This document shows positions 23,587 through 36,989 of a DNA stretch of 64,000 nt, in pieces. The stretch comes from Selaginella moellendorffii. Lineage: Eukaryota > Plantae > Lycopodiophyta. Location of the stretch: contig NW_003314320.1 of assembly GCF_000143415.4 (NCBI RefSeq), positions 138,787-202,786 of the forward strand. Reading direction: 5' to 3'. Every line of letters starts with the position of its first letter. The stretch's first letter is position 1. The translations under genes were made by a program, and so were the position numbers. The notes beneath the pieces are model-generated. The model did no database searches and was not told the DNA's origin. It worked only from the letters and a program-made list of their open reading frames with translations.

Positions 23587-24793
23587 TATATTTGGTTATA
23601 CCCTGCTTCAATTATCACGATATTATGCTACCAACGTTGTTTTCATCCAACGATATGGAATTTTTTTTGGACATTTTATATAAATGTCAATTGTGAACTG
23701 ACCATATCAATCTCCATTGATCAATCCCAATTTCAAGCACAAAACATAATTCTTACTTACTAGATGTTTTGTATACTTTGACACTCCATCCAATATTTGA
23801 AATCCCGGTTTATCACATAAACAAATCTATATATAGAATTTCATTATATAAAACTTGATGCTTCTTTATAATATGGTATAATGTTATAATCTATTTAAAA
23901 ATATATTGAAATCTCAAAAAAAAAATTCTAAATATCTAAGTAAAAAATGCTGAAATAAGTTATTTTAAAAGTATTAATTATATATTATTGGTACATATAA
24001 TACACTTCATTTCTCTCTTTTCAAGCTAAAAAGGTAATTTTTAATAAAAAAAAGGGATTTTCATGGCAAAAGGAAAAGGAAATATATTAAACTTCTCATA
24101 AACTAAATTTAATCTAATTTTTTATATAATTTAAATTAGAAAGGCTGGTAAATAATTTATTTCATAAATTTCTAAGGACCTGTTTTTAGAAATATTTTTA
24201 ATATATTTGTAAAAATCAAAGTACATTAAATGATTTTATTTTAATAATAATTTTTTTATTGATATGTTAAAAAAATATGAAAATGCATGTAGAGTTATGA
24301 AGGTAAAATACTTTTATTTATTTATTAATTTTAATTCAGTTGAATTTTTCTACAAATATTAAAAATTCTTTTTAATTCATGAAACATCTGAATATCGAGA
24401 TATGTTATTTTACTTTATAGTTTTGAACTCACAAAAAATATTACTATATAGAAAATTTCTTTATAAATGGTTGACTTTTTACTTTAATTCAAACATGGAA
24501 ATCAATAATTACATTTAGAGATCTAGACAAAACTTGACAATGTAATATGACAACATGGCATTAAAGTTCACATTTTTCATTTTAGAATTCAAATTAAAGT
24601 TTTTAATCTTAACTCATTTTCTTGGGCAAATTTTCTTATAAAAGTTTGCCCTGGCAGTCTCTTCGTCTCAAGTAGAAATTAGTTTGCTCTTTGTCTTCTC
24701 CCGGTAAAATTTGGTTCTTCCTAGAGGACAAGATCTTCCATCACATTTCTTTCGTTTTGTTCTTCTTCTTTCTCTCCTTTCCAAATCTGGATC

Positions 24794-27700
24794 ATGAGCT
24801 TCGACGGATGCACTCCCAGATGCTCGCCTCTGTCATCGCCGTGGCGCCGGCTTGGGGAAGAAGAGGAAGGAACTTCTTATCTGGAGCGATGGAGGGTAAG
24901 CTCAATTCCTCCAGTTGGCAGGAGCTTTCTTCACGTTTTTCTTTTCTTCTCGGGACAGCAAGCAACGCTGGTGATAAACGCCATCCAGCGCTTCAAATGC
25001 AATTCAGAGCAGTGTGTCCAGATGACCTCTCAAAGCTCGCCGAACTCTCCATCCAGAAAATTCAGGCTTGGAACGAATGCCATCAGAGTAAGCCTGTCAT
25101 CATTTTGACCTTGGCAATGTGCTCTCGTCACATGAACATGCTCAGGCTATATTTCGTTTTAAAGAAGCAGGCAAGTTAGCTGGAATCGACAGGAAAGAGT
25201 TAGTCACGCTTGTTGCTGATCACAACTTAGAGCTGCTAGAGCAGCTGGGAGGAGTAAGACAGATAGTCAACTCAGCTTGATTCTCATTTTACTCCCCAGG
25301 TTGATGGATTGGCGAAAGCTCTTTCGACCAGCACAAAGAATGGGATCGAAGACGAGGTTCCAAAGATCGAAAGAAGGCGACTGTTGTATGGGAGCAACAC
25401 TTATCCTCAGCAGTCGCCAAAAGGCTTCCTGGTATTGCTTGTTGATCTTATCTGAATGCGCAGGAGATCAATGTTTTGTTTTGCAGGCTTTTCTATGGGA
25501 GGCATGCCAAGATTTGACACTCGTTATTCTAGGTGTTTGTGCAGTCGTCTCGCTGGCTCTTGCCTTGGCTACAAAGGTAAAGTTTGTTCAAAGTTTAGCA
25601 ACTAGTTTCCATTCGCGGCTTTTGTTACGCTGTGTAGGCATCTTGGTACGATGGTGCAAGCATCGCTTTTACTGTGATTCTTGTCGTCTGCGTTACCGGT
25701 ACAAGTGTTAAGTTGATACTATGTCGTCTTACATTATGCTCCTACCAGCTTGCAGTGATTACAAGCAATCGTTACAGTTCCAGCGCTTAAATGCCGAAAA
25801 ACGGAAAATACACGTCGAGGTGAGGTGATCCAATTTGTTGTCTTACTTAGGGCTTTTACGCAGGTCTTGAGAGGAGGACGAAGGATTGGAGTCTCCATTT
25901 TTGAGCTTGTAGTGGGCGATGTTGTACCGCTCAAAACTGGTGATCAAATACCTGCTGACGGCGTTCTGGTTGATGGGTATTCGCTGGTGGTGGACGAGTC
26001 GAGCTTGACAGGCGAAAGCGACCCTGTAAGTGTCATTTGATTTGCTTTGAATCCAGTCAAAGCAATTTGCTACCTTTTGTAGATGCCCAAAGGACTTGAT
26101 CATCCATTTTTTATGTCTGGATGTAAAGTTGTGGATGGATACGGCACTATACTGGTAAAGCATTCTTGATCAGCTCTCCTTATATATATATATTGCAATG
26201 TAGATCACTAGCGTTGGAATAAACACTGAATGGGGTCGAGCAATGGCAGCACTTACGGACGATATCAGTGACGAAGAAACGCCTTTACAAGTGAGTGATT
26301 TTCGACGTCAATAGGCACTTGTATTTGAAAAACTCTCGTATAGATGAGGCTTGCTGGAGCAGCGACTGTTATTGGAGCGATTGGTTTGGCGGTAGCAATC
26401 ATTTGTTTCTCCATGCTGTTCATAAGGTTCGCAACTATTACTCAGTGTCATTCTTTCTGAACGTTTCAAGCAATGACAGGTACTTCGTTGAAGACTACAA
26501 GAAAGATAAGAAAGCTGTAGCGGTTTTCAAAAGAAATGTCAACATCCTCTCGGTTGCTGTAAGTGGTTGTTTACACACTCCTCGATTTCCATGACCACTT
26601 TCTTGCTGTTTTATCAATCGACACCTATCAACTTTGCATGGTTTTAATTGTTTTGGTTGTGATAGGTAACTATTCTAGTCGTTGCTGTTCCAGAAGGCCT
26701 TCCACTTGCCGTTACTCTGAGGTGAGTGCCTTTCATCGCTATCCTTGTTTTGATTTTCTATGTGGTGGATGTCTAGTCTTGCTTACTCTATGCGCAAGTT
26801 GATGACCCATAAATCGCTAGTACGCCATTTGGCTGCTTGCGAGACAATGGGATCCGCGACCACTATCTGTAGTGACAAGACAGGCACGCTTACGATGAAC
26901 CAGGTATTTTTTATACCTGGTTTTTTCCACTAAGTCATATGATACCGATTCTAGATGACTGTAATCGAGTCCTGGGTTGCCGGGCAAACAAGAAGCTTCC
27001 ACGAGATAAGAGGCCTTCCAGATGCAGTCACAAGCGTGATCTTTGACGGGGTTGCACACAATTCTGCTGGAAGTGTTTACTATACACTGGACGTAAGTTT
27101 TCCTGACATTTTTTTAGTCAACTGGAGTTGCTGACATCGGGGACAGAGAAATGGAGTTCCTGAGGTTGCCGGAAGTCCCACAGAAAAAGCTCTTCTTTCT
27201 TGGGGATTACAGGTATAGACAATGAGTACAAACGATTTATCTGATATGGTGATATGTGTGTTTGTGTTTTCTTAACAAAAGCTTGGCATGGACTATTCAA
27301 CTGTTAGAGCTGCATCTTCTATAATAGCTGTTGAACCATTCAACTCAACGAAGAAAATGGCAGGAGTTGCAATTAAGGTATCAACAGTCATCTTGTTTAT
27401 CTGATTCATAAGCCCATGCAGCGAAATAATGGAACGCTGTGTGCCCTCTGGAAAGGAGCAGCTGAGATTATTTTGGATCTTTGTGAGAACTGGCTGGATG
27501 GAGAAGGAACAGAGAAGGTATTATCTAGCGAGATGGTAAGCACATACGTAGATTGTGTACTCTCTAAAACCTTTTGCACAGGTAAGCTCAATCCACGGGA
27601 CGTTAACTCATATGGCTGCTTCCAGCTTGCGCTGTCTCGCATTCGCAATTAAAACATATAACTCCATGGATGGGAGGCCAATTCCAACGGCTGGCCTCAC

Positions 27701-29662
27701 GTTTGTCGCCTTAGTCGGCATTAAGGTGACTCATATTCTTTCATTCATATACTAATATTTACAGCATAAGACCAATGTACTAACGAAGTGGATTCTATGC
27801 ATCACCTTTTTGTAGGATCCTTGCCGGCCTGGTGTGCGAGAAGCTGTTCGAAAATGTCAAGACGCAGGAGTGAAAGTATATTAATCTATCCTTTTACCAA
27901 CTTTCATTTTGGTTCTGATGTTGTCTTCAAGGTTCGAATGGTTACTGGTGACAATGTTTTGACGGCCAGGGCCATCGCGAGCGAGTGTGGCATCCTCATG
28001 CCTGGTGGATTAGTCTGCGAGGGGAGTTTTTTCAGAAACCTTACCGACAATGAAAGATTTCAAATTGTCCCAAAGATAGATGTAAGATCTGATGCTTACT
28101 TCCAATTGTGTTCACTGTGCCGGACGTCCTACGCAGGTTCTTGCGAGATCAACTCCATCCGATAAGCTTCTCCTGGTCAAAACCTTAAAGTCTCTCAATG
28201 AAATCGTTGCTGTCACGGGCGATGGCACAAACGATGCTCCTGCATTGCGCGAGGTTTGAGAAATATGATACTTCCTTTCATGCTCGTGTTGCTGATTTGT
28301 TTGTTCTAGGCACATATTGGGCTATCCATGGGAATTGTAGGCACTGAAGTCGCAAAGGAAAGCTCAGACATTATTATTCTGGATGATAACTTTGCATCAG
28401 TTGTCAAAGTAAGCTCTTTGTGTTTTTTTTTATATCTTACAAGTTACACATTTTATAAATGTGTAGGTGGTGCACTGGGGTCGTAGTGTTTACGAGAATA
28501 TCCAAAAGTTTATACAGTTTCAACTCACAGTTAACCTTGCTGCCCTTTCGACTAATTTGGTAGCTGCTGGGAGATCTGAAAATGTACCACTTAACACTGT
28601 ACAGGTTTGAAAATTTACTCAATTTTTTTCTTACAACCTTTTGACACTGTTTATTAATCAGTTGCTATGGGTGAACCTGATAATGGACACGCTTGGGGCT
28701 TTAGCACTAGCAACAGAGCCTCCAACAGAAGAAATGATGGAAAGAGCTCCTATCGGATTAAGGTACAAAGCAAGCTTTGGAAGTCCGCACGTTTTGCTCA
28801 ATTCTTGATGTTTTCAAGCGAGCCGTTGGTCACAAATGTCATGTGGAGAAACATCTTTGGCCAGGTTGCATTCTCGAACTCAAGTAGCTTCTTTTCGGTT
28901 AAATCCTTACACTATTTTCGGCAGGCTGCATATCAGGTTGCCGTGCTGCTGGTGCTGTATTTCAGAGGCGATCAGATCTTACATTTGAAGGGAAGCCCGG
29001 CTCAAAAGAACGTACTACGAAACACGATCATTTTCAACTCTTTTGTGTTATGCCAGGTAGTTTAAAAATCCTCTATTCAGAGATGTTGATTTTGTGGATG
29101 CCAGGTTTTTAACGAGATCAACGCAAGGAAGCTCCAGAAACTCAATGTGCTCAAGGGAGTCTTTCAGAGTTATCTGTTTTGCACCGTCATAGGCGTTACT
29201 TCTGTGATCCAGGTTTTTTGTTGTGAAGCGTTTGCTATTGACTCAAAGGAGCAATGTTGATTGTAGATTGTGATCATCGAGTTCCTCGGCAAGTACTTCA
29301 AGACAACCCGACTTGCTACTCAGTACTGGCTCCTGTGTGTTGGTATTGGCTTTCTAAGGTTCGTCATCGCGAAATATTACGAAGTTCCCAATTTTTTGTT
29401 GTGCTTTTCCTTTGTTGTCTCAGCATCCCTCTCGCTTGCCTCATGAAGCTTGTGCATGTCCCGAAGAAACCGATTTTCAATGCGAACTGGTCACGGCGAC
29501 GTCGCAGACCACAACATCCAGGTAAAAAAACTCTCCCGTGGAATGGATCTTATAAGCTCGTTTGAATCAGGGTCCGATACCAATGGAACTTGCTGGGAGT
29601 GGAAGAAATGGAATAAGAATCAAAGCAGCGGATTTGAGCATGTTGTACAAGTAGAGCAGTAG
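24794..29662 (+). CDS. ACA: Autoinhibited plasma-membrane-type Ca2+-ATPase (P2B, ACA8/9/10-like), many short exons
   Basis: CaM-binding/autoinhibitory RWR|[12 protein letters not shown]; DESSLTGES; [14 protein letters not shown]; [12 protein letters not shown] phosphorylation site; KGAAE; DPCRPGV; MVTGDN; [12 protein letters not shown]; [21 protein letters not shown]. Confidence 0.96.
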
Positions 29663-29731
29663 TAAGGTAAAGCTGGCTTCCAAGGGAAAGCTGTTCTTCT
29701 CATTCAGGAAAGATGGCGAAGTCATAGATCT

Positions 29732-32554
29732 ATGGTTCCAGTTAAGTCGGGAAAGAACTCACAGGCAAAGAACGATGAGCAGTTCAAGAGATACCTCGAG
29801 CTCATCGAGTCGTCCAAGAGCTTGTCAAAGGCTTTGGCTGCGCACGCTCACATCGGCGCGACCAAGGATACATTCCTCTCAAACAAGCTCATCCAAATGT
29901 ATGGAAGGTGCGGTGGCCCAGACCAGGCTCGCAAGATCTTCGACACTTTGGGACTTCGGAGAAACACCTTTTCTTGGGAACTTATGTTCGCTGCTTATAC
30001 CAAGAACAGGCGCCTGGGAGAAGCCAGAGAGCTCTTCGATCGAATGGAGAGACGGGACATAGTTTCGTGGACGACGCTCGTCACAGCTTATGCCCAGAAC
30101 GGGCACGTCGATGATGCAAAGTTGGTGCTGGAAGCGATGCCTCGCCATGACACCGTTGTCTGGAACGTAGTTCTCGGCAGCTACGTCCAGAGCGATCGCA
30201 TGGACGAGGCACTAGAAATCTTTGACAGGATGGGCGATGACCGAGACATTCTCTCCTGGAACGCGATGCTCGCGGGGTATTCGCGGAATGGAGAGGTGGA
30301 GATGGCCGAAGAGATCTTCGCCCGGATGCCACTGCGGAATAACAGGTCCTGGAACACGATGCTGGCTCTCTATTCCCAGGCCGGGTTTATAGAAGAACTT
30401 GAACTCCTTTTCTCGATCATGCCGGACAGTGACATGGTTTCTTACTCCACTGCAGTAGCAGCGTATTCACAGATGAGACTCGTGAAAGAAGCTAGCGCTC
30501 TCTTCCGGAAAATGCCAGTGTGGGATCTTGTCTCGTGGAACTCGGTGCTGTCGGCCTATGCTCAGAACGATCATATGGAAGAAGCCAGGGAGTTCTTCCG
30601 GTTGGAGCTCCCGGAATGGGATTTGATCTCGTGGAACACGCTGCTCTGCGGGGCTTCTCGATCCGGACGCTCCGAGCTCGCTGTTGCGATCTTCCGCGAG
30701 ATGCCGAGCCACAGTGTCGTCAGCTGGAACGCTCTCCTCGGCTGCTGCGAAGAACTGGAAGCCGCGAGGAAGATTTTCGAGACAATGATGCCGCAGTGGA
30801 GTGGGACCTCGGTGACGAGCATGGTGGCTGTTCTTATCCGGAGTGGCTGCTTCGAACAGGTACTGGAGCTCCTCGAGAAGATCCCGGAGAAGAGCTTAGT
30901 GGTGTGGAACTCGGTGCTAGCAATGCTCCGGGAAGATGGAAAGCTGAGAGAAGCCGAGATGGTGTTTGAGGAGATGGCGTGTGGGAACGTTTTCTCCTTC
31001 ACGGCAATGGTGGCGGCCTATGCCGAGTCGGGGCATATCACTCAAGCGCAGCGGCTTTTCGAGGATCATATGCTCGAGCACGACTTCGTCTCGAGCTCCC
31101 TGATGATCGGTTCTCTCTCGCAAGCCGGGGACTTGGGCGCTGCCGAGAAGATCTTCGCGGGGATGCCGCTGCTCGACTCGGTAACTTGGAATGAGATGCT
31201 GGCCGCGTATGTTCATCATGGGCATGTCGAGAAGTCACGAGAGATCTTCAGCCAAGTGCCGCGAAAGGATCTTTGTTGCTGGAACTCGATGCTATCTATC
31301 CTCCACAACTGCGACGAGGCCATGGATTTCTTCGAGAACTCAATGCCGGCGAGGGATATGGTCTCTTGGAACACGCTTCTGGCGGCCTATGCCCGCGCTG
31401 GGAATACCAAAGAGGCAATACGAGTCTTCGAAGACATTCCGGAATGGAATCTCGTGTCCTGGAACTCGATCCTGGCCGTCCATCCCGATGCCCACAGGCT
31501 GTTTGTGCGGGAGGTTCCAGAGTATAATCTCGCCACCTTTAGCACCATGCTGACGTGGTATGCCCGGTCCGGGCATGTTGTCTCTGCGGTTGATCTCTTC
31601 CAGAAAATGCCCGAGAGAGATTTAACGGCGTGTAACAACATGGTGGCTGTGTACTCACAAGAAGGCCATGCGGAGGAGGCCCAGGAAATCTTTGATTCCA
31701 TGCCATGTCACAGCTTAGCATCTTGGGCCGGCATTGGGAATATTTACGATTTCAGGAGAGCCAAGAAACTATACGAGAATATCCCAGAGCTAGATGTGTG
31801 CTTGTCCACAAGACTCTTTTCTTTATATGCTCTATGCAATGAGTTTGGTGAGCTTGAGATGCTCTTTGAGAGGTTCTTACAAAAGAGTTTGGCTCTCTGG
31901 ACTTCATTGTTAGTGGCAGTTTCTCAAGTTGGTGATTTGGATAGATGCGTGGGAATCTTTGCCAGAATGCCCGAGTGGGACTTGGTATCATCAACAGTCA
32001 TGCTTGTGCTTTATGCCCAGAAAGGTTATCTTGAGGACGCTCTGGGTTTGTTTGCTTCTATGCCTGAGAAAGATACTGTGTGCCACACTGCAATGCTCTC
32101 CGCATATGCCCAACAAGATTGCATTGCGGAGGCCTGGCAAATCTTCTGGGATATTCCCCAGAGGAACTTAGTATCTTGGTGTGCGATGCTAGCAGTTTAT
32201 TCTCAGAATGGGAATCTTGAACAAGCGTTCCATCTGTTTCAAATGATGCCAGAGCAAAACACTGTTTCTTGGAGTGCAATGTTGGGTGCACATGCCCAGG
32301 GTGGCCATTCATCTCAAGCTTTTCAGTTGTTTTATGAGATGAATTTGAGTGAAATGCCATCAGAGTCATGCTTTGTGTCTCTTCTTCTAGCATGTAGCCA
32401 TACAGGCAAACAAAGCTTTGCCAAGCATTATATTGTATCCATGGCTGATGATTTTGGAATACAAGTTGGAGATAATGCTAAATGTTGCTTGATGGATCTC
32501 TTAGCTAGAAGTGGGAATTCAATGAGTACAAGCATTTGGTCTTTGCAGCAATGA
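29732..32554 (+). CDS. PLS/S-rich pentatricopeptide repeat protein, C-terminally truncated (E domain lost)
   Basis: 940-aa intronless ORF of ~31-aa PPR repeats (DLVSWNxxLxAYAQ...EA..IF..MP). It ends FVSLLLACSHTG...CCLMDLLARSG and stops before a normal E domain. Confidence 0.88.
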   Translation: MVPVKSGKNSQAKNDEQFKRYLELIESSKSLSKALAAHAHIGATKDTFLSNKLIQMYGRCGGPDQARKIFDTLGLRRNTFSWELMFAAYTKNRRLGEARELFDRMERRDIVSWTTLVTAYAQNGHVDDAKLVLEAMPRHDTVVWNVVLGSYVQSDRMDEALEIFDRMGDDRDILSWNAMLAGYSRNGEVEMAEEIFARMPLRNNRSWNTMLALYSQAGFIEELELLFSIMPDSDMVSYSTAVAAYSQMRLVKEASALFRKMPVWDLVSWNSVLSAYAQNDHMEEAREFFRLELPEWDLISWNTLLCGASRSGRSELAVAIFREMPSHSVVSWNALLGCCEELEAARKIFETMMPQWSGTSVTSMVAVLIRSGCFEQVLELLEKIPEKSLVVWNSVLAMLREDGKLREAEMVFEEMACGNVFSFTAMVAAYAESGHITQAQRLFEDHMLEHDFVSSSLMIGSLSQAGDLGAAEKIFAGMPLLDSVTWNEMLAAYVHHGHVEKSREIFSQVPRKDLCCWNSMLSILHNCDEAMDFFENSMPARDMVSWNTLLAAYARAGNTKEAIRVFEDIPEWNLVSWNSILAVHPDAHRLFVREVPEYNLATFSTMLTWYARSGHVVSAVDLFQKMPERDLTACNNMVAVYSQEGHAEEAQEIFDSMPCHSLASWAGIGNIYDFRRAKKLYENIPELDVCLSTRLFSLYALCNEFGELEMLFERFLQKSLALWTSLLVAVSQVGDLDRCVGIFARMPEWDLVSSTVMLVLYAQKGYLEDALGLFASMPEKDTVCHTAMLSAYAQQDCIAEAWQIFWDIPQRNLVSWCAMLAVYSQNGNLEQAFHLFQMMPEQNTVSWSAMLGAHAQGGHSSQAFQLFYEMNLSEMPSESCFVSLLLACSHTGKQSFAKHYIVSMADDFGIQVGDNAKCCLMDLLARSGNSMSTSIWSLQQ

Positions 32555-33492
32555 AGTGTTGTCTATTGAGTGACTAAAAGATGATGATACAATCTACAGA
32601 AATTATGTTTGTCCCAATCACAAGAATGAGATTGCATAATATTGATAAGAGGTATAAATTTCAATAGTTTATATACAGAAATTTATCAAACTAGCTTTTA
32701 CAACGTTTTTTAATTAATGTTATTTTAAAAGTATAACATGAACAAAGTCTTGTTACTCAATATTGTAATCTATAGTAATATGAATAAAATGTTGTTGCTA
32801 AAGATAGTAAGTAAACAAAAATATAGAAAGAATTAGTATATAAATTATGGTGAATAGAATGGATAATTCATTAAAATAGTGCAATAATTCCTTTCTAGTT
32901 CTATTCTTTGGGACTATCTCATAATAGCTTTACCATTCATAACATATTATTTTTATTTATCATTTAAAAAACTTGAGCTAAAAATACACTCTCCAAAACT
33001 AAATCAAAGTAAATTTTAAACATGACAGATTTCTATAATCCATTAACTTGGGTTGAGTTTGTAGTAACAATTATCAATCTCCCCCCTGCCCTCCCCCCCA
33101 GACACAAAAAAAAATAAAAAATAAAAAAATGTAGTATTTATGTATATATATTATCATCTATATAAGAATAAAATATTCATATGTAACAAAACATAAATTT
33201 ATAATGGTCCCTTATCTAAAAATATTTGATTAATTTACTTATTTTATAAACAAATATTTAAATTTTCATTAAGCATACATTTAGGACATAAAAGACATTA
33301 AAAAAATGAATTTTTTATCATCTTTGCCTTTAAAAGAATTTATAGTTAATTTCTAAAGTTTTGAATAAAAAATTAATAGAAGAATAGATAGAGTAGATTT
33401 ATTTAATTATTTCATAAAACAATATTCAAAAATTATAGTGGTTTATTTTTATTATGATATGAAAATCATATACAAAATTGCTTTGATATTAA

Positions 33493-33494
<2 letters not shown>

Positions 33495-33554
<60 letters not shown>

Positions 33555-33569
33555 ATATATATATGTATG

Positions 33570-33603
<34 letters not shown>

Positions 33604-33637
33604 TGTATGTATGTATGTATGTATGTATATATGTATG

Positions 33638-33670
<33 letters not shown>

Positions 33671-33673
33671 GTG

Positions 33674-33728
<55 letters not shown>

Positions 33729-33731
33729 GTG

Positions 33732-33785
<54 letters not shown>

Positions 33786-33790
33786 TATAT
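33495..33790. repeat. Compound (TA)n/(TATG)n microsatellite, ~300 bp
   Basis: Seen directly; it produces the spurious IYIY ORFs. Confidence 0.98.
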
Positions 33791-33869
33791 CATATAGTGT
33801 TGATGAGGAAATATAAATAATTTGATATGTTACCCTAAATTATTAGAATTTCAGTAAAATTAATATTTA

Positions 33870-34215
33870 AATTTCCAGATCTTCATTCATCCTGATCATT
33901 GAGATCTTATGGCCTTCTGGACACCTTGGGGCCTCTTCGCTTTCAACGTCCTCCCGTTTGGCTTGTGTAATGCCGGAGCTACCTTTTAGTGCTTTATGAC
34001 CCATGCCTTTCATGACTTGATTGGAGGCACCTTGAGGGTGTATATGAATGATTTGTGCATGACCTCTGACTCCTTTGAGGACCACTTTGTGCACTTGGAG
34101 CAGATCTTCACTCGTTGCCAACAACACAAGTTTTCATTGAACCCGAGAAAGTGAAAATTCGGGGTGATTGAAGGCCGGTTGCTAGGCTTTGATGTTTCAC
34201 AGGACGGGATTAGTC
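33870..34215 (+). mobile_element. Ty3/gypsy reverse transcriptase fragment (degenerate)
   Basis: FQIFIHPDH*DLMAFWTPWGLFAFNVLPFGLCNAGATF*..LRVYMNDLCM..DHFVHLEQIFTRCQQHKFSLNPRK*KFG..LLGFDVS, containing stop codons. Confidence 0.92.
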
Positions 34216-34314
34216 ATTCTTTTTGGTTGTTTACACAATACTCAGCTATAAATAGCACATCATCAAGAAGTGAATTATCATATTTTAAACTCAAAACACT
34301 ATAGACTGAATATA

Positions 34315-34420
34315 GGGTTTTATTTCTATCATGATTGTTAGCAACTATGCTATTAATTCTATAGGAACTTCAATTTTTTAGAGCAGTTTATAGTCACTCA
34401 ATAAAAGAGCTCTATCACAT
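34315..34420. repeat. 106-bp dispersed repeat (likely LTR terminus), inverted copy at 48470-48575
   Basis: Reverse complement of 48470-48575 with 2 mismatches; terminus ...CTCTATCACA. Confidence 0.9.
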
Positions 34421-35319
34421 ACAGAAATAACCCTAAAAACCCTAGCTTATATATAGTAACAAGTGGTCCAAATCAAAACCAATCTAATTGCTATTAAAAA
34501 TTCATGATGCTAATATTAATATATGATATTATAGCCATACAATTGGACATCATATCATCCTCTCTTCTTAAAAGGGTGGAATGTAGTCAGGTTCTCTGGT
34601 TGATGGGCTAGGATTTAGAAGAATATCAGGAAGAGGTATCAATTGATTTATAAGCGGTGTTAGTTGTTCATGATCCCTTTATACGAAGCATTTTAGTTGT
34701 TGCATATTCATAATTTATGGGGGATTGGCTTATTGAATGTTATATTAAACTTCATAAACTTATAGTCTAACTTGCCGTAACACTTAATATAGTTCCTTCC
34801 ACTGAGCAAGGAGCCCTTTAGACAAACCACATACCATAAGATTCACAAAATACCAAGTCATTCACTTTGTACTCCGCAAGTGGATAATAATGGAAATTTT
34901 CCATCTTTGTCTCATTTATATGTGGCCCAAGTGTTTAGCAAAAGTTTACTTGAACTAGTGAAAGGATACTTATCAAATATTGATCCCAAGGCCTAGTATC
35001 AGTAGCTCATGGGAAACATAAAGGTAAATTTAACTCCAATAGCAATATCTAATCATGACTATATAAGAGTTTTTATAGTGAAGTATCAATAAAACTCTAT
35101 ACTGTTTTTATATATGTATACAGAAGAGACAACAAATAACCATTGTAATCTGAATGCTAAAATTTCACATACTTCACGATCATACTTTTGAAGGTCTAAA
35201 TGAGTTGTTCCATAAAACTATCTATTTATGGATGATAAGCACTTGTGAAAGTGTGGCATATCCTCAGCTGAGATATTAAAATATGAAATGTCTCATCCAT
35301 AAATGCGGGAGCACTATCT

Positions 35320-36020
35320 GAGAGAATTCACTCCAGACAAAAATGTTGGAACACCATTCAATTAAAGAGGAAGTTGTAAGCTCTTGAGAGAAATTGTTCT
35401 GGACAAAACTATTGGAACACTATTCAATTGAAGAGGAAGTTATAAGTTTTTGAATTTGGACTTCTTGGAAATTCATCTAACCCAATACTATTCAAACCTA
35501 AGGACATTTAACCTAAAGTATCATAAAACCCTTAATTGACTAGAAAATAGATTGCACTCTTATTCATGGGCCTTTTCTGTATATATTTAAACCTATATGA
35601 ATCGTGTCTTGAGTTGTTTTCTTTGGTTATTTATAATCCACCACACTTCCCTACAAGTTCACGTGAGAGCTGTAACTTTCCCGAGAGCTTTGCTCTCTTG
35701 ACACCTTACCCCTTGGGTCGAGCCCAATCAAAGGAAAACTAAATTTACTAAATGTCAATTTCAACATATAGTATAATTCCTTTAACCAACTAATAAAGTT
35801 AGACCCAAGACCCAAATGTAACCTCATTAATTTGGACTTCCTTGGAGGTCATCTAACCCAATATTATTCAAACCCAATAACATTTAATGCCAAGTATCCC
35901 AAGACCCTTAATCAATTTGAAAAAGGGGTGTGCTCTCGTTCATAGGCTCTTTCTCTTTATATTTAAATATATTTAAATATGTGGATCATCTCTCGAATTG
36001 TTCTCTTTAGTTGCTTATAG
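35320..36020. repeat. Insertion with ~185-bp direct repeats and a ~64-bp tandem duplication inside the outer integrase
   Basis: TTGGACTTC.TTGGA...CATCTAACCCAATA.TATTCAAACC at ~35455 and ~35832; GAGAGAA....GACAAAA...TTGGAACAC.ATTCAATT.AAGAGGAAGTT twice at ~35320-35450. Confidence 0.6.
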
Positions 36021-36989
36021 AAGTATTTAATATCAATTATAGATGCACTAGCAAGATCACTAACTTTCACTTAATGAGTCAAATAGTCAAAAATAATAAT
36101 AATATACTCATTGCCAGTAGTTGGAAAGGGCCTTATCAAATCAAATGCCACCAACTCAAACAAATAGAACACTGCATTTGAGTTTAACTATCTTTCCATA
36201 ACATAAGGGGGAGTATTATGAGTTTGGCACTAAACGCAGCTATGCATATAGATAACATCATATCACATCTCTAACCAATAAAAAAACTAACATAATTTTT
36301 CAATCACACAACGATATCTTATAAGCTTATATAGAATGGGAGAATCATAGTAGGCATGGAGAAAGCATGGAATAAAAATTAAAGGCACCACCAATTATAA
36401 ATGGTCATTAAAATCCATCCCTATAAAATAAAGAATGTCATCTTTAAAATAATATTGAGAATGTAAATGCTGAAATAACAAGTTATCAGCAAGTGATGTA
36501 GGAATCTCAAATCCATCGTGTAGCTTTCAGATACATAACTCAACTTTTTGAGCCTCACGAACCTCGTCAGAAAAAGGTAAATCTTGCTCTATACCTTGTA
36601 GATACTGAATATCAAATACAATAACCATCGATAGCACAAAATCCTCATCTAGAAAATTTATAAATGCTAAAACAATAGACTTGTCAAAAATAGGAGAAAG
36701 AATGAAAAACAGAAAGAAGCTTAAGAAAGGGCATTAAAACTCTTTAGGTCATGAACAACTTCAAAATTATATATCTTAAGCTTCAGGGGATATCGAGTAG
36801 TATGACCAACTAAATTCTTTTGCTTCAATAACGAAGTAACCATAACATTATCACCTTTTAGTAATATTTGAGAACCATGTAAATATGCATGAAACTTTTT
36901 GAAATCACTATTGCTAAACACTCATTCTCTATCGTGGAATACTTCATCTCTACTAATTGTAATATACAACTGATGTATATAATAGGATG

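Noticed and set aside
23700-24620. Very AT-rich 0.9-kb spacer as a MITE or Helitron
   Set aside because: No terminal inverted repeats, target-site duplication or diagnostic termini could be identified.
33438-33820. ORFs rich in IYIY/MYVC
   Set aside because: Artefacts of the (TA)n/(TATG)n microsatellite.
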